DNA from: Anaeromyxobacter sp.
GTDB lineage: Bacteria; Myxococcota; Myxococcia; Myxococcales; Anaeromyxobacteraceae
DNA: 64,000 nucleotides
Direction: 5' to 3'
NCBI GenBank assembly: GCA_049840735.1
Contig: JASGJN010000022.1
Location: 64,001 to 128,000 of the forward strand
The notes below the pieces were generated by a model. The model ran no database searches, was not told the DNA's origin, and worked only from the letters and a program-made list of their open reading frames with translations. How positions within the stretch are numbered: position 1 is the first letter of the stretch; each line of letters starts with the position of its first letter. This document shows, piece by piece, positions 1 through 7,906 of the stretch. The translations under genes and the position numbers were made by a program.

Positions 1-1
1 G

Positions 2-1881
2 GCCGGCGATCGCGCCGGCGCGCGGGCGGCCCGCGAGGCGGCGCTGCTCGCCGACGGCGCGGACCTCGACCTGCGCCGCGCGCTGGCGCTGGACGACGGG
101 CACGAGCTGCTGGACGACCTGGCCGAGGACGGCCCGGCCGCCATCCAGCGCTACCTGACCTCCGGGCGCGCCGGCGGCATCTCCTCGGCGCTGGTGCTGG
201 ACGCCGCCGCGGTGGACCTGCACCCCGGCGGCGCCGCCACCGAGCGGACGCACCAGATCTTCCACGTGCTCGACCAGGGCGGCGTGGAGCGGCTGGGCGA
301 GGTGAGCCTGCCCCGCGGCGCCCAGCTGCTGCGGCTGCGGACCCTGAAGCCGGACGGCCGCGCGCTGGAGCCGGAGCAGGCCGGGAGCGGCAAGGGCTCC
401 ATCTCGCTGGCGGGCCTGGAGCCGGGCGACCTGATCGAGCTGGAGTACCTGCGCGCGCTGCCGGCCCGCGCCGAGGGCGGCACGCCGGGCGCGTTCTACT
501 TCCAGGAGACCGGCGAGGCCCTCGCGCGCTCCACCTACGTGGTGCGGGCGCCGGCGGGGATGGGGCTGGGGGCGGAGGGCGCCCAGATGCCCGACCCCGA
601 GGTGAAGCGCGAGGGCGGCTACGACGTGCTCCGGGTCGAGCGCACCGACATGCCGGCCCGCGTGCCGGAGCCGTTCGCGCCGGCGCAGACGGAGTGGATC
701 CCCTTCGTCACGGCCGGCGTGGGGGGCAGCTGGCAGACGGTGGCGCGCGGCGGCGGCGAGGCCATCGCCGCGCGCGTGCGGGCCACGGCGGAGGTGCGCG
801 CGCTGGCCGACGCCGTCCGCGCCGAGGCCGGTCCGGACGCCGCGCCCGAGGCGCTGGCGCGGGCCGCCTACGCCCGCGTGCAGCGGTCCATCCTGGGCAG
901 CGGCAGCAACCTGGCCGAGGACGCCGCCCTGGTGCTCTCGCGCGGCCGCGGCAGCCGGCTCCTGCTGCTGGACGCGGTGCTGCAGGCGCTGGGGCTCCCC
1001 ACGCGCGTGGCGGTGGTGAAGCCCTTCACCGCCGACCCGGCCTCCCGCCGCTACCCGTCCAACTCCGCCTGGTCGGCCCCGCTGCTGCGGGTGCAGGCCG
1101 GCGCGGCCACGCTCTGGCTCTGATCCCCTCCAGCCGCGGCATGCCCTTCGGCGGCTTCGACGGGGTGCTGGGCGGGTGCGAGGCGCTGGTGATCCCGGCG
1201 CCGGGCGAGGCGCCGGCGCTGGTGCAGACCCCGCCCGCGCCGGCGGTGCCCGACGCGCACGCCGTGCGCCTGAGGGTGGTGCTGGCGCAGGACGGTGGCG
1301 CCGAGCTGGAGGGAGCGCTCACCTGGTCGGGCGCCTCCGCGTCGGAGCTGCGCGACGCGCTGGAGCCCGCCGACGCGCTGCAGCGGCGCCAGGGGTTCGA
1401 GCGGCTGCTCTCGCGCCAGTTCCCGGGGCTGGTGGTCGAGGACCTGGCGGCGGTGGCGGAGGACGAGCCCGAGCAGCCGTTCGAGATCCGCTGGAAGGGG
1501 CGGGCGCCGGGCGTGGCCCGGCCGTCGGCGGACGGCGGCCTGGAGATCGACGCGCCGCTCTTCCCGTTCATGCTGACCGCCACGTACGGGCAGGTAGGCA
1601 CGCGGCAGCTGCCGCTGCTGGTGGAGCGGGAGCCCGTGGCGCAGCGCATCGAGGTGGTCGCGCCGGCCGGGCTCGAGCTGGCCGCCTCCTCGCCGCGCCA
1701 GGTCGAGACGCCGTACGGGCGCTATCGACGCGTGGAGAAGGTTACCGGGCAGGCGCTCGTCCGCGAGGAGCAGCTGGAGCTCTCGCGGTCGCGCATCCCC
1801 CCCGAGCGGTACCCCGCGTTCGCCGGCTTCGCGGCGTCCATCGACAGCCTCCAGCAGGAGCCGGTGCGGCTCACCCGTTGA
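2..1881 (+). CDS. DUF3857/transglutaminase-like domain protein, 5'-truncated by the window edge, apparent frameshift at ~1121
   Basis: Frame is open from base 2 through ORF 194..1123 (ISLAGLEPGDLIELEY, typical DUF3857 motif). It continues in the frame of ORF 694..1881 if one base is removed at ctc-t-gatccc (restores WLDP). Confidence 0.75.
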   Translation, partial: RRSRRRAGGPRGGAARRRRGPRPAPRAGAGRRARAAGRPGRGRPGRHPALPDLRARRRHLLGAGAGRRRGGPAPRRRRHRADAPDLPRARPGRRGAAGRGEPAPRRPAAAAADPEAGRPRAGAGAGRERQGLHLAGGPGAGRPDRAGVPARAAGPRRGRHAGRVLLPGDRRGPRALHLRGAGAGGDGAGGGGRPDARPRGEARGRLRRAPGRAHRHAGPRAGAVRAGADGVDPLRHGRRGGQLADGGARRRRGHRRARAGHGGGARAGRRRPRRGRSGRRARGAGAGRLRPRAAVHPGQRQQPGRGRRPGALARPRQPAPAAGRGAAGAGAPHARGGGEALHRRPGLPPLPVQLRLVGPAAAGAGRRGHALALIPSSRGMPFGGFDGVLGGCEALVIPAPGEAPALVQTPPAPAVPDAHAVRLRVVLAQDGGAELEGALTWSGASASELRDALEPADALQRRQGFERLLSRQFPGLVVEDLAAVAEDEPEQPFEIRWKGRAPGVARPSADGGLEIDAPLFPFMLTATYGQVGTRQLPLLVEREPVAQRIEVVAPAGLELAASSPRQVETPYGRYRRVEKVTGQALVREEQLELSRSRIPPERYPAFAGFAASIDSLQQEPVRLTR

Positions 1882-1976
1882 GCCCGCACCCGGGGTGCGT
1901 CCCCACCCGCAGCCCCGAGCGGGAGAAACCGGCGCGATCGGGCCGAAGATCGCGCCGGCGCCGGGCGTCGCCAGCA

Positions 1977-1992
1977 CGGCACGCCCGGTGCA
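1977..1992 (+). promoter_or_regulatory. Candidate sigma54 -24/-12 promoter (CGGCACG-CCCG-GTGCA)
   Basis: Correct GG-N10-GC spacing, close to TGGCACG-N4-TTGCW. An 11 bp inverted repeat lies upstream at 1929..1958. Confidence 0.6.
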
Positions 1993-2002
1993 AACGTGTT
2001 CG

Positions 2003-2297
2003 AGCGTGAGCGTCATCGTCCAGATCGCAGCGGGTCTCTGCCAGGTGCTCCTGGTGGCCCTGACCCCTCCTCCCGCTGCGTGCCGGTTCCCGTCCACTCC
2101 TCCGCCGTCCGCGGTCAGCGTCCTCCCCCCGACCGCGCCGCGAGACGGTTCCACTGGATGGGCCCCGCTGGACGTTGAGGCTCACGTTTCGGGAGGGCGC
2201 CCGCTTCCCCGGGCGGGCGCCCTCCAAGCTGTACCGCCGGACCGTTGCTGCCCTGCTGCGTGAAGGCCCGCCCACCCCAGCGGGCCTTCGGTTCTTC
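2003..2297 (+). ncRNA. Candidate structured small RNA with four C-rich-loop hairpins
   Basis: Stems at 2026-2034/2072-2080, 2089-2116/2131-2162, 2192-2204/2213-2225 and 2262-2271/2280-2289. No convincing ORF; follows the sigma54 motif. Confidence 0.5.
2262..2297 (+). terminator. Terminator-like hairpin GAAGGCCCGC-8nt-GCGGGCCTTC followed by GGTTCTTC
   Basis: Perfect 10 bp stem with a weak U-containing tail. Confidence 0.45.
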
Positions 2298-2340
2298 AGG
2301 GAGGCGGGCGCGGGGGGGATCCGATCGCTGACCTGATGGT

Positions 2341-2560
2341 TCCGGCCGCTGGTGGTGGGGTCCTGCCGACGGTGGTGGGGTCCTGCCGACGGTGGTGGGG
2401 TTCTGCCGACGGTGGTGGGGTTCTGCCGACGGTGGTGGGGTTCTGCCGACGGTGGTGGGGTTCTGCCGACGGTGGTGGGGTTCTGCCGACGGTGGTGGGG
2501 TTCTGCCGACGGTGGTGGGGTTCTGCCGACGGTGGTGGGGTTCTGCCGACGGTGGTGGGG
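2341..2560 (+). repeat. Tandem repeat, 11 x 20 bp (TTCTGCCGACGGTGGTGGGG)
   Basis: Eight identical units at 2401-2560, two TCCTG variants at 2361-2400 and one degenerate unit at 2341-2360. No spacers. Confidence 0.97.
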
Positions 2561-2599
2561 CGCGGGGGCCCTGCCCCGCGCCTGTGGGCGGAGCCGGAT

Positions 2600-2823
2600 T
2601 GAGGGGGCGTGGTGAGGGGGCTGGGGAAGGGGAGGGGCGGCGCGGGGCGGCGCGGGGCCGGGCGGGGCGGGGCGGAGGCGGCGCGGGGCGGGGCCGGGCG
2701 GGGCGGCGCGGGGCCGGGCGGGGCGGCGCGGGGCCGGGCGGGGCCGGGCGGGGCGGAGGCGGCGCGGAACCGGGGCGGCGCGAGGCGGAGGCGGCGCGGG
2801 GCGGAGGCGGCGTCCCGGCGGGG
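2600..2823 (+). repeat. G-rich low-complexity tract (GGCGG/GGGCC/GGGGC pentamer-like)
   Basis: Almost exclusively G/C with strong G skew on the + strand. Confidence 0.85.
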
Positions 2824-2835
2824 TGAGTTTACTTA

Positions 2836-2858
2836 CTCCAGCGAATGCGCCCTTGGAG
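2836..2858 (+). repeat. Direct repeat copy 1 CTCCAGCGAATGCGCCCTTGGAG
   Basis: Identical to 4420..4442. Similarity extends about 8 nt leftward (TTTACTTA vs TTTCACTTC). Confidence 0.9.
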
Positions 2859-2901
2859 GGATCCGGGATGGGGTCAGGTCATTACAGATGGCGTTGGGTG
2901 T

Positions 2902-2951
2902 CCGTTCGGGCTGAGCGTAGCGAGCCCGCAGGGCTCGCGGAGTCGAAGCCC
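2902..2951 (+). repeat. REP-like palindromic element (CCGTTCG..CTGAGCGTAG-hairpin-CGGAGTCGAAG)
   Basis: Identical 50-mer at 55652..55701 and as the reverse complement at 57403..57452. Confidence 0.9.
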
Positions 2952-3227
2952 AGGGCCATGAGCGACCCGCGCTGGATCAAGTGGGGCTCCTCGCAGACTT
3001 CGACGGATTTCGCTTGACGCGAATTGGCGCGGAGCGGTTTCCGCGCCGCAGGGCAGCAGGGGATCGCTCTCCTGCAGCGCTCCACGCGATCTCCGCGGCG
3101 CGCGAGGAGGGCCGTGAGGGAGCGGAGATGGGCTCTCGAGATCTCGCGCCGGCGGCGGTGCCAGGGGCCTCGCCGAGCGTCTCGAAAACCGCGGTTAGCA
3201 TGGCTGCATCTGCTGGAGGTGCACGCC

Positions 3228-4463
3228 ATGGCCGCTCGACTCGATCTGCTCGACAACAACTCCCTCATCGCCCTCGTGAAGTCGCTCGCTGCGGACGAGC
3301 GAGGCATCAAGGTCGAGTCCCTGCTTGCGCTTGCGGAGGTGGAGCGGCGGAAGTTCTACCTGGACCTGGGCTACCCCTCGCTCTGGGCCTTCTGCCGGGA
3401 GGTGCTGCACCTTCTGGAAGGCGGCGCGTACCGGCGGATCACGGCCATGCGCCTCCTCTCCCGGTTTCCCTCCCTCGAGGCGCCTCTGCGCGACGGTCGG
3501 CTCTCGCTCACCACGCTGGGCATGCTCCGCGACGTGCTGACGGAGGAGAGCCTGGAGGCGCTGGTCGGACAGGCGGCCTTCAAGTCCAAGGCCGAGGTGG
3601 AGCGGCTGGTGGTGACCATCAAGCCGCGGGCGGCGCCGAAGGATGGGCTGCGGCGGATCCCTTCCTCGCCGCCGCCTGGCGCCCCTCAGCCTCGTCCGGT
3701 GGATCGAGAGGGTGTGACTGCACCGGCGAACGAGCTGGTCGAGGCGGCTCCCCTCCGGCCTCAGGAGCCGGCCGAGTCCTCGGTGCTCTCCCTTCCGCTC
3801 GCTGCACCATCCCCTGCGCCCAGCCGCCCCGAGCTGCGGCCGGTGAACGCCGAGCAGTGGTCGATGCGCGTCACGCTGGACGAGGCGGCCCACGCCGACC
3901 TCGAGACCCTCCGTGAACTCCTCTCCCACAAGATTCCGGACGGGAACCTCGACGACGTCCTCAAGGAAGCGCTCCGCTGCGCGGTCGAGAAGCATGCCAA
4001 GCGGAAGGGTGCGGTGGAGCTGGCCAGGGCGGCTGCTCCCGTGGTCACCGCGCCGGCGGCCTCGGCGCCGGCGGCCGTCTCCGCGCCGGTTGCAATGCCG
4101 GTTCCGGCCCCCGCTCCCTCCAGCGACCTGCTCCCGCTCCTTGCCACCGCCTACCGCTTCGACCCTCGCACTGTCACCGCCGAGGTTCGGCGCATGGTCT
4201 GGGCGCGCGACGGCGGCTGCTGCTCCTACGTCTCCCCCGACGGTCACCGCTGCTCCAGCCGCTGGCAGCTGGAGCTGGACCACGTCGACCCGGAGGCGAT
4301 GGGCGGGCCGCCCACCCTCCCCAACCTTCGGCTCCGCTGCCGGGGGCACAACCTCTGGGCGGCGGTCGAGGCCTACGGGCGCGAGAAGATGGCGGCCTTC
4401 GTCCCCTCGCTTTCACTTCCTCCAGCGAATGCGCCCTTGGAGTGCGACCGGCGGCGCGGGTGA
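3228..4463 (+). CDS. HNH endonuclease with long helical N-terminal region (DUF222-like mobile HNH family)
   Basis: GGAGGT RBS before ATG 3228. C-terminal VWARDGGCC..C..LELDHVDP..GG...NLRLRCRGHN is a zinc-binding HNH motif; Pro/Ala linkers. Confidence 0.85.
   Translation: MAARLDLLDNNSLIALVKSLAADERGIKVESLLALAEVERRKFYLDLGYPSLWAFCREVLHLLEGGAYRRITAMRLLSRFPSLEAPLRDGRLSLTTLGMLRDVLTEESLEALVGQAAFKSKAEVERLVVTIKPRAAPKDGLRRIPSSPPPGAPQPRPVDREGVTAPANELVEAAPLRPQEPAESSVLSLPLAAPSPAPSRPELRPVNAEQWSMRVTLDEAAHADLETLRELLSHKIPDGNLDDVLKEALRCAVEKHAKRKGAVELARAAAPVVTAPAASAPAAVSAPVAMPVPAPAPSSDLLPLLATAYRFDPRTVTAEVRRMVWARDGGCCSYVSPDGHRCSSRWQLELDHVDPEAMGGPPTLPNLRLRCRGHNLWAAVEAYGREKMAAFVPSLSLPPANAPLECDRRRG
4420..4442 (+). 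repeat. Direct repeat copy 2, inside the last codons of the HNH gene
   Basis: Identical 23-mer to 2836..2858. Confidence 0.9.
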
Positions 4464-4480
4464 GCAGGGGCGCAGCGACC

Positions 4481-5089
4481 TCAACCCTGCGGCGCCGCCC
4501 CGAACGTCACCTCGGTGAAGCCCAGCGGCAAGAGCAGCGCCCGCAGGTCGCGCTCGGCCGACTCCCGCGCCCGCGCCTGCAGCGCCCGGTCGGCGCGCAC
4601 CTCGCGCTCGAAGGCGGCCCGCGCCAGCTCCAGCAGCCGGGCGGTCTGGGCGCTGTCCAGGTTGGAGCCGATAACCTCGGTGTCGGCGGGGCGCAGCGCC
4701 ACCTTCACCGTCAGCGGAGGGAGCGTGAGCTCCACGCGCTTGCCGATCACGCGCACGCTGGAGGCGTCCAGCTTGGAAAGGTCCAGCCCGAGCGTCGCGT
4801 CGGCGAAGACGATGGCGCGACCGCGGGGCGTGTTGAAGGTGTCCTTCAGCCATCCGGCCACGTCGCCCCAGAACGAGCCGGCGGGCGCGGGGTCGGGCGA
4901 GAAGTCGATCTTCTTGTAGAGCGTCACCTCCAGCGCCTCGAGGCGTGCCACCTCGCGGATCCTGAAGGCCACCGCGGGCGGGTCCGGCACCCCCGGGGCG
5001 CGCGGGAAGAGGCGGAACACCAGGGCGGCGCCCAGGCCGACGGCCAGGCCGAAGACGACGAGCAGGACGAGGCCGCGGAGGAGGCGCAT
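4481..5089 (-). CDS. DUF4230-like membrane-anchored protein
   Basis: N-terminal TM helix; ADATLGLDLSKL and LRALLLPLGFTEV motifs typical of the family. Confidence 0.7.
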   Translation of the reverse strand: MRLLRGLVLLVVFGLAVGLGAALVFRLFPRAPGVPDPPAVAFRIREVARLEALEVTLYKKIDFSPDPAPAGSFWGDVAGWLKDTFNTPRGRAIVFADATLGLDLSKLDASSVRVIGKRVELTLPPLTVKVALRPADTEVIGSNLDSAQTARLLELARAAFEREVRADRALQARARESAERDLRALLLPLGFTEVTFGAAPQG

Positions 5090-5098
5090 GGCCCGATG

Positions 5099-5614
5099 TT
5101 ACCGCGAGCGGAGGCGGCGTGGGCTGGCGGGCTTCCCGGCCTTGGTGGCGCCGGTGGGCTTGCCGGGCCTCTTGGCCCTGGTGCTCCTGGAGGTCCCGGC
5201 CGGCTTGCGCGTCTTCGCGGCCGCCTTCGCCGCGCCCGTCCGCTCCCGCTCCGCCTTGCGGGCCGCCGCGGCCGCCGCCTTCTTCGCCTTCTCGTCGCGC
5301 TTGCGGAGCGCGGCCTCCAGCGCGGCCCGCGCCCAGGGCAGCATGGCCTCGGCGTCCTCGTGCGCGTCGTCCGGCGGGCGGTAGTAGGGCGTGCTGGCCG
5401 CGCCGGGGAAGACCCACATCCGGCAGCCGGCGTCGGTGAAGCGGGCGCGGCAGAGGTCGTCGGTCTTGAGGAACAGCTCGTCGTCGTCGAGCAGGCCGAA
5501 CATCACGCCGCGGGCGTAGAGCCCGTGGCCGCCGAACATGGGACGGGCCTGCACCGGGCCGAGCCCGGTCAGGAGATCGAGGGCGAAGTCGACGAAGCTG
5601 GGCGCGTTGGACAT
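5099..5614 (-). CDS. TfoX/Sxy N-terminal domain protein with Lys/Ala-rich tail
   Basis: ARPMFGGHGLY..GVMFGLL..DELFLK motif; ATG at 5614. Confidence 0.85.
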   Translation of the reverse strand: MSNAPSFVDFALDLLTGLGPVQARPMFGGHGLYARGVMFGLLDDDELFLKTDDLCRARFTDAGCRMWVFPGAASTPYYRPPDDAHEDAEAMLPWARAALEAALRKRDEKAKKAAAAAARKAERERTGAAKAAAKTRKPAGTSRSTRAKRPGKPTGATKAGKPASPRRLRSR

Positions 5615-5646
5615 GCGTTCCAGCCTACCGCGCCGGGCCCACTGCT

Positions 5647-6798
5647 TCACTCGAAGAGCCGCCCCGCGACCCCGCTGTGGACCTCCATCCCTCGCGCGGT
5701 CAGCACCAGCCGGCCGCCGCGCGCCACCGCCAGCCGGCGGCGGAGCAGCAGCCGGACCTCGGCCTGCTGCGCCGGGGAGAGCCCCTCCAGCGGCGCGCCG
5801 GCGGTGGTCCGCAGCGCCAGCATGAGGCGCTCGTTCCGCTCGGCCGGCGCGTCCAGCGGGTCCTCCTCGCCGGTGGGGAGCCGCCCCGCCTCCACCGCCG
5901 CCAGCCACTCGCCGGCGTCGCGCAGGTTGGCGTAGCGCAGCCCCGGGGCGCCGTCCTCGCCGCGGCGGCAGCCGCTGGCGCCGGCGCCCAGCCCCAGGTA
6001 GCTCTCGCTCTCCCAGTAGAGCCGGTTGTGGGCCGACTCCAGCCCGGGCCGGGCGAAGTTGGAGATCTCGTAGCGGCGCAGCCCGGCGCGGCGCAGGGCG
6101 GCGCGGAGCGCGCGCGCCTGGGCCAGCGTCTCCTCCTCCGAGGGCAGCGGCAGCCGCCCCTCGCGCGCCAGCCGCACGAAGGGCACCTCCTCCGCCAGCG
6201 CCTCGGCCTCCACGGTGAGCGCGTAGGCTGAGACGTGCCCGGCCCCGGCCGCCACCGCCCGGGCCGCGTCGGCGGCGGCGGTGGCCGCGGTGGAGCGGCG
6301 CGCGCCGTAGATCAGGTCCACGCTCACGTTGCCGAAGACCTGCGCGGCCTGGCGGATGGCCTGCTCGGCCCGCTCCGCCCCGTGGCGGCGCCCCAGCTTG
6401 GCCAGCACGCCCGGGTCGAAGGACTGCACGCCGATGGAGACCCGGTTCACGCCCGCGGCGCGCCAGGCGGCCAGGCGCTCAGGGTCGCAGGACTCCGGGT
6501 TCACCTCCAGCGTCAGCTCCTGCGCCGGCTCCGCGCCGGCGGCGAAGGTCGCGCGGACATCGGCGAGGACCTGCGCGATCTCCCCCGGCGCCCAGAGCGA
6601 GGGCGTGCCGCCGCCCAGGTAGATGGAGCGGAGCGCGAGCCCCTGGAACGCCGCGGCGCGCAGCGCCAGCTCGGCCCGCACCGCGCGCGCGTAGCGCCCA
6701 TCCGCCGGCGGCCGCGCGGTGGTGACCGCGAAGTCGCAGTACGGGCACCGGTGGGTGCAGTAGGGGAAGTGGACGTAGACGCCGAGCGGGCGCGCCAT
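5647..6798 (-). CDS. hemW: Radical SAM heme chaperone HemW (HemN-like)
   Basis: YVHFPYCTHRCPYCDF, YLGGGTPS, YEISNFA and HNxxYW motifs. Confidence 0.92.
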   Translation of the reverse strand: MARPLGVYVHFPYCTHRCPYCDFAVTTARPPADGRYARAVRAELALRAAAFQGLALRSIYLGGGTPSLWAPGEIAQVLADVRATFAAGAEPAQELTLEVNPESCDPERLAAWRAAGVNRVSIGVQSFDPGVLAKLGRRHGAERAEQAIRQAAQVFGNVSVDLIYGARRSTAATAAADAARAVAAGAGHVSAYALTVEAEALAEEVPFVRLAREGRLPLPSEEETLAQARALRAALRRAGLRRYEISNFARPGLESAHNRLYWESESYLGLGAGASGCRRGEDGAPGLRYANLRDAGEWLAAVEAGRLPTGEEDPLDAPAERNERLMLALRTTAGAPLEGLSPAQQAEVRLLLRRRLAVARGGRLVLTARGMEVHSGVAGRLFE

Positions 6799-6818
6799 CG
6801 GAACGGTTGTAGCCCCTG

Positions 6819-6948
6819 CCCTTCGACTCCGCGAGCCCTTCGGGCTCGCTACGCTCAGGGCGAACGGGGGCCTGGCTGCGATGGCGGGGATCGCCCATCC
6901 GTTCGGCCTGAGCGTAGCCGCCGCGGAGCGGCGGCGGAGTCGAAGGCC
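6819..6948. repeat. Inverted doublet of REP-like elements
   Basis: 6819..6867 (reverse) and 6899..6948 (forward), separated by 31 bp. Confidence 0.9.
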
Positions 6949-6954
6949 AGGGAC

Positions 6955-7890
6955 CTACAGCCCCCCCAGCCGCGTGGCCCGCAGCAGCATGGGGAGCACC
7001 GTCCCGCGCTCCACCAGCGCCATGTGGTCGAGCTGCGAGCGCCAGTAGACCACCGCGGCCCGGCGGTCGCGCGCGGTGACGGCGCGGTCGGGGAGGGCCG
7101 GGTGGAAGCGCGCCCCCGGCACCGACGGCAGCCAGGCCTCCGTGCGCCGGGCCGTCTCCTGCCCCACCAGCAGGAGCCGGCGCCGCCCGGCCGGCGCGCC
7201 CCCGAGCCAGGCCGCCAGCTCGTCCTCGCCGCGGTAGAGGCCGTCCAGCAGCAGGATCTCCTCCACGCGCGGGTGGACCAGCCAGGGCAGCACGGTGCGG
7301 ATGGCGCCGGAGTGGCCGGCCACCACCACCGGCCCCTGCGGCAGCCCAAGCTGGGCGCGCGCGGCCACCTCGCCCAAGAGCTCGGCCAGGCCCGGCCAGG
7401 CCACCCCCTCGCCGTTCCAGGACGGGGCCTCGGCGGCGACGAAGAGCGCGTTGCGCCCGCTGTCGCGGAACTGCTCGGCCAGCCGGTGGTCCACGAAGGC
7501 CTGGTCCACGCTGGTGAAGTAGCCGTGGACGTAGACCACCACGCCCGCGGTGCGGGGGGCGTAGCCGCGCGGCAGCCAGACGTGGACCGCCCCGCGCGAG
7601 GTGCCCAGGCGCAGGCGGCGCCCCTCCGCCCGCGTGCCGCGCTCCACCGCGCCGTCGGCCACCGGCGCCACCACCGTCTGCGACCAGGGCGGCTGGGTGC
7701 GGTCGGGCTCGGCCGGCGGTGGGGCAGGAGGCGGGGTGGGTGGCACGGAGGGTACCGTGGGCGCTGCCTCGGTGGATTCCTGGTCGGGGTTCGACAGGCT
7801 CACCCCGGGCGGCTCCTCGGGCGCCTGCGCGCCCTGCGCGGCGCAGGCCAGGAGGAGCCCGGCGGCCGGCAAGAGCCGAGCCCGCCGCAC
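6955..7890 (-). CDS. Putative lipoprotein, alpha/beta-hydrolase-like
   Basis: LLAC lipobox; VVVYVHG, AGHSGA nucleophile-elbow-like motif, LLDGLY and a late His. Confidence 0.6.
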   Translation of the reverse strand: MRRARLLPAAGLLLACAAQGAQAPEEPPGVSLSNPDQESTEAAPTVPSVPPTPPPAPPPAEPDRTQPPWSQTVVAPVADGAVERGTRAEGRRLRLGTSRGAVHVWLPRGYAPRTAGVVVYVHGYFTSVDQAFVDHRLAEQFRDSGRNALFVAAEAPSWNGEGVAWPGLAELLGEVAARAQLGLPQGPVVVAGHSGAIRTVLPWLVHPRVEEILLLDGLYRGEDELAAWLGGAPAGRRRLLLVGQETARRTEAWLPSVPGARFHPALPDRAVTARDRRAAVVYWRSQLDHMALVERGTVLPMLLRATRLGGL

Positions 7891-7906
7891 GCGGCCCCGC
7901 GCGCCG

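Noticed and set aside
2003..2297. Retron msr-msd
   Set aside because: No adjacent reverse transcriptase and no clear enclosing a1/a2 inverted repeat.
2348..2355. E. coli Chi site GCTGGTGG
   Set aside because: Chi is lineage-specific, and this octamer is common in GC-rich Leu-Val codons.
2341..2560. CRISPR array
   Set aside because: Units are contiguous with no unique spacers, and there are no cas genes in the window.
3228..4463. IscB/Cas9-like RNA-guided nuclease
   Set aside because: No PLMP or split RuvC motifs are visible, and the HNH domain is C-terminal.
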